Assembly (NCBI GenBank): GCA_038087875.1
Contig: CM075978.1
Coordinates: 161,386,001 to 161,450,000, forward strand
Reading direction: 5' to 3'
From: Malacoraja senta
Lineage: Eukaryota
Length of the DNA stretch: 64,000 nucleotides
The position numbers were made by a program, and so were the translations under genes. The notes below the pieces were generated by a model. That model saw only the letters and a list, made by a program, of their open reading frames with translations, was not told the DNA's origin and made no database searches. Numbering within the stretch: position 1 is the stretch's first letter; every line of letters starts with the position of its first letter. This document shows, one piece after another, positions 23,760 to 34,866 of the stretch.

Positions 23760-24045
23760 CGAAGTGTGATGAGAATCAGCAGGTTGCCGAACACTCTATC
23801 AAACCTCCATGGGGTGTCGTGGAGAGTGTACTAACTGACTGTATCTGTATGGGCTTCGTAAAAGATTGCACTATGTACTTAGGCTTGCACTATTGTGGTC
23901 TGGTCACCCAGTACAGTTGATAATTTATTATTGTTGCGTATTTATTTGTTGTGCTGTTGCATTAATGTGCCTGAAAAGCAGCATCAAGTAAAACCTTAAT
24001 TGTTCTGGTTGTAGTACAGATGACAATTAAACATTCTTGACTCTT
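23760..24045 (+). mobile_element. Degraded Rex1-type LINE 3' remnant
   Basis: 3' UTR similar to 12100-12278 (gacaattaaacattcttgactctt). Confidence 0.55.
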
Positions 24046-24499
24046 CATCCTAGTTTTGTTTACATTTGGGTTGCTCAGTTTCATATTGAAATTATCTGTC
24101 ATGTCATCAAATCACCTGACTCCAGGCATATTATTATAAAGAATATAGAAACTGCCTACGATCAAGATTTTTTAAAGTATTTAATAAAAATTGAATTGGG
24201 ACATGATGACATTTGTATTCAAGCATTTGAGTGTTTCTCCAGCTCTGGGCTCAATTAACTTATGTTGTGCTGGTCTGATACATTCAGAAATGGTTAGTAT
24301 CAGGTGATACTTCTGAAACCATACTGGTGGCCGGCAGAGGAGCTGGCTAAAGATAAGCTGATTGGCAAGCATGGCTTTTATTCCGTTCTGAAGAACAGAT
24401 TAAACTTTGAAGCTGAAGGCCATAAAATGCAATGGTCTTTTGTTTAAATATTTAAAAAATATCTTGTGCTTTGATTTAATGTCAATGTATTACATTTAT

Positions 24500-25325
24500 T
24501 GGGATGCATGGCAGCATGATTTGGGAACAGCTTCAACCAAGACCGCAATAAATTGCAGAGCGTTATGGATGAAGCCCAGACCATCACACAAACCTATCTC
24601 CCTTCTATTGACTCCATCTATACTTCATGCTCAGAAGGCCATCAGGATAATCAAGGACCAGTCTCATCCTAGTCCCTCCTCTTTCACATCAGGCAAGAGG
24701 TACAGAAGTTTGAAAATGTATACCTTCAGGTCCAGTGACAGTTTCTTCCCAGCTGTTATCAGGCAATGGAACCATGGAACCAACTTGACAAGCATAGACT
24801 TCTTCCTATCCCTTTTCGAACGAGTCTAATGTGTATTATGTTGAAATTGGCTTTTGATTTTTTAATTTATGTNNNNNNNNNNNNNNNNNNNNNNNNNNNN
24901 NNNNNNNNNNNNNNNNNNNNNNNNNNNNNNNNNNNNNNNNNNNNNNNNNNNNNNNNNNNNNNNNNNNNNNNNNNNNNNNNNNNNNNNNNNNNNNNNNNNN
25001 NNNNNNNNNNNNNNNNNNNTCATTTCCATCTTTTCTTTTCTTCTTTTTTTAATCGTTCGAAATAAATTTAAAATAAATAAATAAATAAAATAAATAAATC
25101 CTATCACCAGCTAGGGTGCAGTCCTGACCGCCCATCTACCTTATTGGAGACCTTTGAACTATCTTTAATCGGACTTTATCATGCACTAAATGTTGTACCC
25201 TCTATCCTTTATCTGTACACAGTGGACGGCTTAATTGTAATCATGTATAGTCTTTTCTTTGATGGATAGCACGCAACAAAAAGCTTTTCACTGTGCCTTG
25301 GTACGTGTGACAAAAATAAAATAAA
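24500..25325 (+). mobile_element. Rex1-type LINE 3' remnant spanning the assembly gap
   Basis: IIKDQSHP..SGKRYRSLK..RSSDSFFPAVIRQ motif before the gap; 3' UTR (gatagcacgcaacaaaaagcttttcactgt..aataaa) after it. Confidence 0.6.
24873..25019. other. Assembly gap (N run)
   Basis: Contiguous N bases. Confidence 1.
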
Positions 25326-27012
25326 ATAATATACAAAAGATCTGTAGAGTAGGAGAGCAATTTAAATTATTCCCAAACAAGTATAAAATACCTTGTCTGG
25401 CCAGTACTTCATTACACTGTGTTGTGTTTTTAAATCTCACAGTCATACCGTGATTTTTAATATTCCATTGAGGTTTTGTTATATAACAAACTTATCATGA
25501 CGCCACTAATCATTTTAGTCTCACCATTAAATGGATGGCATTATCAGGGTTGCAAAGCCATTAGTAGATGGTATTGTATGCTTGATCTTATGACCTTTGC
25601 AGACATTACTGCATTTACTTTATAATAGTTGGACCTTGGTGACCCATCTTTGCTCAGGATTTGTGTTTGCAATACATATAGTGCCTTCTAAAATACCACC
25701 CATTCACAGACAAAGACAGTAAAGGTGCACTATACAAATAGGAAGTGAAAGCCTCACACTTCTGTTAACTTGCCAGCAGCAGCCTGTGGGAGGTCAGCCC
25801 ACAACTCCTTGAGGTTCGCAGATCATCCAAGAGGATTGCACCCTGGACTATAACTTTAATCTCTCCGCATGACTTAGAGAGAGGGAACAGTAGCCTGCGT
25901 TCATTCTCTCAATCAAAATGAGAGATTGTGAAAGGATTATTACTCCAGGTCCATAACCTAGGATCTGGAGAGAAGAAAATCGTGCGAGAAGAAAAGTGAT
26001 GGTTCTGATTCCTATCGCTGACTGACTGGCAACTGCTCCTGATTAACAACTAAGGATCCAAAGGAGGAAATATCAGCAAAGATTCTTGCTCCCGATAACT
26101 ATTCTTCAAGCTTTTTTGGAAACTTAATGTATATAGAATCAAGGGCAGCTCCGAGGCTTCACAAAGTCACCCCACTCATTATACTGTACTTAGATTAAGG
26201 ATAGGAAACATACTCCTGGTCTTGTTGCCGTCTTCCATACCACCAGTCTCTGCATGCAATTGTACATTCTTTCAAAATGATGCCGCCATGCAACATCTTC
26301 CCATCCCCTTTCAGCATTCAGTAATGACCATTCCCTTAGCGATACTCTGGCTCTCTCTTCCATCTGCGCTAACACCAACTTTCTGGCCATATTTCTGTTG
26401 CGTCTGCTTTCAGATTTATGTTGCGTGAAACTAAGCAATGGCAGATTGAGATTACCTGCAATTATAATGATGCCTGTTGGGGACATACAGAAACAGACTA
26501 AGTAATGAGCTAAAGGGGATTGCAGCAAATGATAATTGTAAGAATAATCCCATGAAAAGATGAATTCCAGAAAGAATATAACACCGAAGCTATCATTTTT
26601 GGTATTGATAAATCCTTCTGAATTTGGATAATTTTCAAGAGAAACTAATAAATAAAAAGCTCGACCAAGAGATGCTTCAGATGTTTGTCTGTCTGGTATA
26701 TACCAGTTAATGGTTTCAATGGCTATGGAAAGGAACTGGAATTACATGGAAATTGAAAGGTATGCATCAGCTGTTACTATCATAAATCCTTATCCCCACA
26801 CTCAGAATGGAAAAAAATGGACGTAAACACATCAGCCCTGCTGCACAGTCTAAAGCCATGGAGTTCCCAGTTTCTTAATGCATTCTACATCATTTCATTT
26901 TTCACAATGACTGAAATTTCTAGATTCCAGAGCAAGAAGTTGTAACTAAACCTAAAATATTACGTATGTTACAACAATGACAAATTGTGTCTGCCAAAAT
27001 CAAACGACTGCA

Positions 27013-27778
27013 GAATAAAATCTAAAGTCTTCTTTGTCCAAAATACATAAAAATACATCTGTTACGATATTGAACAGAATGAAAAACAGGATCACTGTGT
27101 TTTACTCCTCGTCTCATTGGAATTGGTTCGGTATTCCAATTCACCCTGTTCCAAGTAGCCAGTGGTCAATTTCAAATATACATCCATAATTAGACCAAAA
27201 ATAATAACTGTTCACCCTCAAATAACACCGATTTGCTGCAATATTATGGCTGACAGCATGGGCTGGTGGATGGTATTTGGCCAGAAATTCTAACGCTGTT
27301 TCTCTTTTTGGTCTAATTATGAATTTGTATTTATTTAGAATAAAGGGGTGGCCATTTAAGACTGAGGTGAGAAAAAACTTTTTCACCCAGAGAGTGGTGG
27401 ATTTGTGGAATTCCCTGCCACAGAGGGCAGTGGAGGCCAAATCACTGGATGGATATAAGAGAGAGTTAGATGGAGCTCTGGGGGCTTGTGGAGTCGGGGG
27501 ATGTGGGGAGAGGGCAGGCACGGGTTATTGATTGGCGACGATCAGCCATGATCACGATGAATGGCGGTGCTGGCTCGAAGGGCCGAATGGCCTCCTCCTG
27601 CACCTATTTTCTATGTTTCTATGTTTCTATTTGAAATTGACCACTGGCTACTTGGAACAAGGGAGAATTAGAATACTGAACCAATTCAAATGAGACGAGG
27701 AGTAAAACAGAGTGATCCTGTCTTTGATTCCGTTCAATATCGCTACAGATGTATTTTTATGTACTTCAGATTTTATTC
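27013..27778. repeat. Long diverged inverted repeat (fold-back), right arm split by CR1
   Basis: Left arm 27013-27201; right arm 27305-27332 plus 27628-27778; ~100-bp spacer. Confidence 0.9.
27334..27630 (+). mobile_element. Young CR1 3' fragment
   Basis: RIKGWPFKTEVRKNFFTQRVVDLWNSLPQRAVEA (CR1 C-terminal FFTQRVV..WN.LP); (TTTCTATG)n tail; TATTT at both junctions. Confidence 0.9.
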
Positions 27779-28460
27779 ATATGGTGATGTGTTCAATGTT
27801 ACCACTTTGGCCTTGCAGATCATGTTTCTGGTGAATGATTCACATAAAGGTATGGATAGAAACCTAGAAACCTTCTGGAAAGTTTCTGATTGGAGACTGC
27901 AAGTGACATTAACACAAAGATGACGGATGCTTTCTGTATAAGCGCTGAGCTTACATTTTTAATAAGATTGAAAAATAGAAAATTAACAATGCCAACTTGG
28001 AGTTTATAGCTCTGTCCAAAATATGGGTTTGGTATTGTGGTGTTGCAAATTAAATTTTGATTGGCAGAACAAGTATATGCAGCATATCCAATTTTCCTGG
28101 ATATATCCGTCTGTTCACTTATCTTTACTGAGGAATAATTTCCTGTAGCTTCCGGTATTTTTAATTCAAAGGTTTTTTAATACGATTTCAAGTATAATTT
28201 GAAGAGATGGCAACAGCATTGTCGGAATAAAATGAACTTAATTTTTGTAAATAGGCCATGCACAGGGGAGGAAAATATAAAATGGCAGCATTCTGATGGA
28301 GTTCTTGTAGCTTCTGTTTTATGCTCCATAAACTTCAGCGCGGGGACACAGGGGCTAGACATAGCGAATGAGAGGAAGAAAGATCATAGTTTTCTTCAAG
28401 TAAAATGAGCTTTACTTTGGAAGTCAAAAAAGTTGAAATTTGAAACTATCTATTTGCTAC

Positions 28461-28846
28461 ACGGGCAGATGGGGCTCATCAGCCTGGGAAGGCAGTCCAT
28501 CCAGGAGAGCGAAAACTCTGATTTAAAACCCTCCACTGCCTTGTGGCCATATCCAGTCATGGAAAAGGCTCCAGGAGTAAACCTCAAGAAAATCTGGAGT
28601 CGGAGCCCCTAAGGCAGTTCGTCGTTGTCTACAACCTCGTTCTGACAGCTCCTGGGACGGCGCTGGTGCCAAACTGTAATGGCCCTGCTGTTCCTTTGGA
28701 TGAATCAGCGACGTGGAGAGGGGAGACGTGCTGCATGGGCAACAGCCTGTCCTCCATATGGCATCGCCCAGGCTTGCATCCGACCAGGATGCATCACCCA
28801 TGGTCAGTCATGACCGAAGGGGCCCTACTACTACTACTACTACTAG
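28461..28846 (+). mobile_element. Short non-LTR retroposon, probably RTE-derived, with (TAC)n tail and 10-bp TSD
   Basis: Perfect TSD TATTTGCTAC (28451-28460, 28847-28856); (CTA)7 tail; ggcagtccatccaggagagcgaaaactctgatttaaaacc resembles an RTE 5' UTR motif. Confidence 0.7.
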
Positions 28847-31800
28847 TATTTGCTACGTTTTTGTTTTGGGTGGCAGCTGACTAAAGACCAATGATCCTGT
28901 GCACACCTCTGAAACAAATACTCGCTTCTTATCATCACGAAAGGGATAGAGAAACACAAATAGCAGAGTGGTGAAGCAGTTTCTACACTCAGTCCATTAT
29001 GTTTTCTTTTTTAACTGTAATCAAAACCACCTAGAGGAAACACGTCTTATTAGAGGAGGCAATGGAAATTGCGAGGTTGGACGGGCTTTTGACCTAAGAG
29101 TCAGCGGGTTGGTGGGAAAGCAGATGGATGGTTCTGAGTGAGGCAAGTGATGTGGGAAAGTGGGAGTGGGCCAAAACGATGCGAGATTGTCACATAGAGA
29201 TGAGGGGAGCAGAGGAATGTTAAGACGAAAGGTTGAAGCTCAATGGATGTGACCAAAAATGCAATTGCTGAATGCATTTTCCCCACAAGCCCGAGAGATG
29301 ATGCTGCTGCCCCACCAGAACGGGCCATGATATCCTTCCCAAAAGAGACAAACATTTGAGAGAGGAGAAATAAATGTTGGTAGAATCACATGAGGAAGGA
29401 AAGGCAAAGCAGAACCAAAAAAACAATACCTGGAGTGACAGGAAGAAGACTATTCTTTCATTTTTTCATTTATACAAAGACAAATATGGATCTTGTTTTG
29501 CTAACCACTTACATCAATCTTTTGTATCTTTTCAATGGACAGAAAAAGAGAGTCTTGATTTAAATTGAAGACCATCAAAGTGCTCCCTATTCCTGTTTAT
29601 TAGTCACCGGTAAGTTCATGACTGTGTACAAAGACAACCAAATCTCATCAAAACCCAGCACTAACTCATTCTTTTTTCGATTAAAAAAAAACATTTTGGT
29701 GATTCTACCTGAAAGTCATGAAAGTATCCACTTCCAAATGGGTGGTGGGTCACTGGAGGGCATTCGCAAGTGCCGGGCATGCTTTTCTTTAGAGAAGCAA
29801 GGTTCTTTAATATACATTGAACCAGCAGCCCTTTCCAAATGGACCGGTATCTCACTGCATCTGACTGCAGGATGGGACAACTTGTCTGACCTCTCCCAGC
29901 ACCTCTACTACATAGAAGAACCAGGGCAGTAAGCACATGGGATCACCATTACATGCATGTTTCTCTCTGGCCCCACACTGTGTACTCATGTTGACAATAT
30001 CATCCAATATCAGGGCTTTCTTTATACATAAAAAGATGCTGGTATGCATAACATACGTATTCCTTTGTTGATATTTATAATGGAAACTGCCTATGTGGTA
30101 TTATTACCCCATCCACAGAAATACCATCAGTGGTTGGGAAAATTAATTGCAGCATGACGCAACTGCACAGGCATTTTCCATTATAAAATAATGGAAACAT
30201 GGAAACAATGGAAATTTAAAAAAAACAACACAAAGTTTATGACTTAAAAATGGGGACCTAATTATATTGGCACACCTTGGTTCAATTATTGATAGCCTGT
30301 AACTCTGTAGCATCTGGAGATTACATTTGGTCTCCTCATTCCCATATCTAAGGGACTTGAACATCATCTGTACATCTCTCGCATGGTGTAGGATTTGGAG
30401 ACTCACACGACATGTATTGCCCAACAATGTCGGTATTGCACACAGAGTACAACGAGGGAAATTTGACGGCGCAGTTTCATTGGAAATAATTGTGTCATAG
30501 AAAATGCATGCTATGTGACTCAATATAATAAAAAAGTAACATGGCTTTCAAACCTCCAAAACAGCCAGCATGTCACAAATTGCTTGTGAATAATTGTGGG
30601 AAGACACAGATGAGCTGATTGCATCTGGCCTGGTGCTGTGATTGGAATGAAGTCAGAGCTGGGCAGTTCAACTCCATGAAGTGAAGTGATGAAACAAGAG
30701 CTCAGGAATGGATTACGCAAGAAAACTATATTTTTGACAATTCCACATTGCTTAATCCTATCCGGAAAGCTACATATAGAAGGATACCAATTGTCAGCTT
30801 AGAAATCAAAGTAATCCATTGAATTAACGATACAGCCTCCTTCAACGGCAATTTTTGAAAATGGTTAATTGGAGATTATTTAACACTATTAAAATATTAA
30901 AGAACTTCTATAAATTTTAAAATATTCTAAACTAAATAAAATAAATCCTTGAAGTACGGAACAAGCCATCACTTTTTCCAGAGCCTCTTTCCTCAAAGGG
31001 CCAACAGGCCCATAACCTCTCAACATGGGTATCCTGCCCACTGTCCACAGATGGGCAAGGCCATGACAAGCCCCTTCTTTTAAAACAAGACAACTGAAAT
31101 GGCATCTCTCCTTTCTCTGAGAATCCGCTTCTGCTTAACGATAATTATCCATTTGCACCTAATAAAAATAATGTACGACATCTGGAGATTTCAAGCGATG
31201 GAGAATGAACATGTGTTGAGACAGTCATACATCAGAAGCCTCCGAATTTTATCCTGCCAGGAAAATAAATGTCATCATCTACATACTACTGTGTACTCTG
31301 GATCTACTTCAGACTTACTGAATAAAATCCACAAACACAATGCAATCTTTCACTCATATCCTTTCAAATCGCCCGGTTTTCTTTTTGCTCAGTTCCTTGA
31401 GTGATTGTCATTTGAGTGAATAAATAATAAATGAGTGCAAGAGGCCTGAGCACCAGATGTGGCTGAAACAGGTCAAACAGGACAACAGTTACTGCAGAAA
31501 TTTAGTGTCAAGGAAACATATGCTGCAGGAATGCCACGGCAAGTAAAACTGTCCATCTTCTCTAAACTGCTTTCACCGGAGAGCAAAACTCAGAGGCACT
31601 GTTTTTAAGGTAGATTTTAATTTACCGCATCGGTATGGTGTTCTCAGCTAAGATGCCCGCGGAACGGTGCCTTTACACCTCAGATGGACGCAATTCTTTA
31701 AGTCTTGATTGAAGCTAATTTTCCAAACCCGCGGGCCAAGTATTCCATGTGTGCTGTTTTCTTAGTGGGTCCGAGGCACATGTGTCTGACTTTAAAATGA

Positions 31801-34146
31801 TGTCTATCTCCTACCAGCTGACACAGCAAGGTCAGCCCTGAAGTTGTGGAAGAGTTTAAAATCTTCAGCGGCTGCCAAACTGGAAGTTAATGGCAACAAT
31901 GGAAAAACCTTTAAGGCCAAGAAAACAGACCTTTTTTTCTGTTGGCTTACTGAACTTAAATTTCAAACTAGTAAATCAAGCTAACCTATTGGTTTTTTTA
32001 AAAACATGGTGTTTATCAATTGCACTGCAGCACTTTTAATTTACTCTGCGATGCTATTATTCTCCTGTACAGCTTTCCAATGACAGTACAAATAAGTGCT
32101 TCCGACAGTTAACTTTCACGACTAAATAAAGAACAGTTAGCAGAACTTTCAAAAATTAGGAGTAAGCAGAAAGTATGCCAGAGAGCTTGGCCAAATATAA
32201 ATTAATTTTGAATGAGATGCGCTGGTCAATTTATTTAATTTTGCATAGACATGCATCTGGCGGGTTACGTGGACTCATAAAAAGTGCCAAAACAGAGGGC
32301 TTTTTTCTCAGAGCATCTGCGTGTTTGGTTGCTCAGTTTAACTACTTTGTAATAAACACCAAAGGGATTACAAGCTTCATCGCTCTGAATGTAGCATGCA
32401 GACTTGGGAAGGAGCAGCTAGTACGTTCTTTCAACATCTTCCAGCAATCAAACTAAAGCAAGTACTATTTAAAGTACTACATTGGGTCAGAGGATTGGCT
32501 ATCGTTCCCTTCACAATGTGCTTGAAGTAGATCTCAATATTTTATTTTATTGTTTGCACCACAAGGATTGAAGCTGACACTTCAAAAAGCCATCTTCGTA
32601 CCGGTCCTCAGATCATAAAGAGTTAAATTTAGGCTGATTAAATGACATTGCTTTTGTAAGTATAGGGAGGTTAGAAAGCCAGGTTAACCACATCTGACCT
32701 CTTGCACAGCTCCAGACATTAAAATGTCAGTCTCAATCAAAGATCAGGCGTCAAAAATGATTACATTGCAGACCTGACATTACCCACACATACAACAATC
32801 TGCTGTAGCACCATACATTATACCAAAGCCACACAGAAAACCTACCCAGGACACCATCCCACATGAGTGTGGTGGTTATTTTTCTCTCTCTTGCATCTAC
32901 ATCAGTCAGCTAAAGTACTTTTGACAGGGACATCACATAAACTTCCATCTCCCAGTGAAAAAAAATCTAAGAGCCAATTAGGTAATTATTAATTCATGCC
33001 ATTTTCCGTAAGTCCCGTGTTTTCAGCATCGTGTGCCTATAATACAATACCGTAAACTAATAAACTTTTGCGGCTATAAATTTGCCTGCCTTTCTCTCAC
33101 TTATTAATAATAAAAATTCACTGCTGTGCAACACTTTAACCTTTTAATCACTGACTGCTGTTATCACCGTGGACATGCCAGATATAATTCATTTGTTTAC
33201 TGGCTTCGGCAACAATTTGCATCTAAAAATAGTTCCGCTTACTTTCAACAATGGCGAAGAGAACTGTGTTTTCCAAAAAAGAGAGGCAGGTTGTGTGGTG
33301 TCAGAAAGGTTAGCACAAAACTGCAATTTGGTTGACCTTCCTTGTGTGGGTTCTCACCTCATACCTCTACAGCATCAGTGTAGGTCAAGCAAGGGTATGA
33401 TTTTTGACGGTTCTATGTTCGACATCATTTTTGTTTTAAGATCAGGGTGGAAGAACACCACTGCCATACATAGTCTCTCCTGTTCAAAGCGATTCTGCAG
33501 AGAACTTAAGGTTACCTGTTTCATTATACAATGGATCTGTCTGCACCAGTTAAATGTACTGCTAGTTACTCTTGTGGATTAAGTGCTTATGCAGAGAATA
33601 TTATAAATGAAGCTTGTTATGCTATCAGATGTTACTTGATGCAGTTGCGTGAGTAACTGCGGTATACAGATATAACATTCCCATAGTCTCATTCACGATA
33701 TATTGGAAAATTTAAAGTTGAAGGAGAAATTTGTATCTTACGTAAACATTTTACACTGCTATCCTAATGGTTTAGAAGTGATAACATGAATAATAGTATT
33801 CAGGGATAATCTGGCGCATTTGTTTGGGAAGAAAGTGATGCTGCAGATCACAGAATAAGGGTACACAAAGCAAAATAATTGTCTTTAAAAGTGGGACATA
33901 AATGCAGTTAATGCAAAATATTCAGATATTTATTCAACACAGGAGATCAGGAGATCTCAGGGAAATTAAAGGTTTAAGAATTGTTCTTGCAAAATTGAAT
34001 ACTAAAATTATATTTCATAATGTGGTACAGCCCAATGCAAGGAATATAAAAATGATGCTGATTTTTATATTCAGATTTATATGAAAAACCAATCTCCTGT
34101 GCATTTCACTCAAGTTCCATTTAATTAGTACCAAGAAAAAACTGAA

Positions 34147-34463
34147 GGGCAGCACAGTGGCACAGCTGGTAGACATGCTGCCTCACATTGCTGGAGACCT
34201 GGGTTCAATCCTGACCTTGAATGCTATCTGTGAGGAGTTTGCATGTTCTCCCTATGACCGCATGCGTTACCTTGGGTGTTTGAGTTTCCTCCTGCATCCA
34301 TAAGATATGCAGGTTTGTAGGTTAATTGGCTTCTGTAAATTGCCCCAAGTGCAAAGGGAGTGGATTGCAAATTGGGATAATTGGTGTAAATGGGTGAACA
34401 ATGGTCGGTGTGGACCCCATGAGGCAAGTGACGTGTTTCCATGCAGTACCTTAATCAATCAAT
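34147..34463 (+). mobile_element. V-SINE copy, diverged
   Basis: GGCAGCACAGTGGCACAGCTGGTAG head, GGTTCAATCC B-box. Confidence 0.8.
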
Positions 34464-34472
34464 CGAGGGTTT

Positions 34473-34866
34473 TGTGTAGGAAGGAACTGCAGATGCTGGT
34501 TTAAATCAAAGATAGATAGACACAAAATGCTGGATTCTCAGCGGGACAGGCAGCATCTCTGGAGAGAAGGAATGGGTGATGTTTCGGGTTGAGACCCTTC
34601 TTCAGACTGATGTCAAGGGAGAGGGAGATACGTAGATAAGGAAGTGTAAGGTGTGAATACAGGACAAAGGGAATTGAGATCAATGGAAATGTAGAATAGA
34701 TCTTTGTGAGCTGTGAGAGCAAACAGAGATAAAATGTAGTCGGAGACAGTAAGACTGGTCAGAGAACTGGGAAGGGGAGGGATGGAGAGAGGGGGAAAGC
34801 AAAGGTTACTTGAAGTTAGAGAAGACAATGTTCATACCGCTAGGGCGTAAGCTGCCTAAGCAAAAT
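34473..34866 (-). mobile_element. Penelope-like 3' fragment: GIY-YIG endonuclease C-terminus, 3' UTR and pLTR
   Basis: Minus strand FCLGSLRPSGMNIVFSNFK* followed by CTGAAGAAGGGTCTCAACCCGAAAC and the pLTR tail. Confidence 0.85.

Noticed and set aside
24766-25107. ORFs spanning the N run
   Set aside because: Artefacts of the assembly gap.
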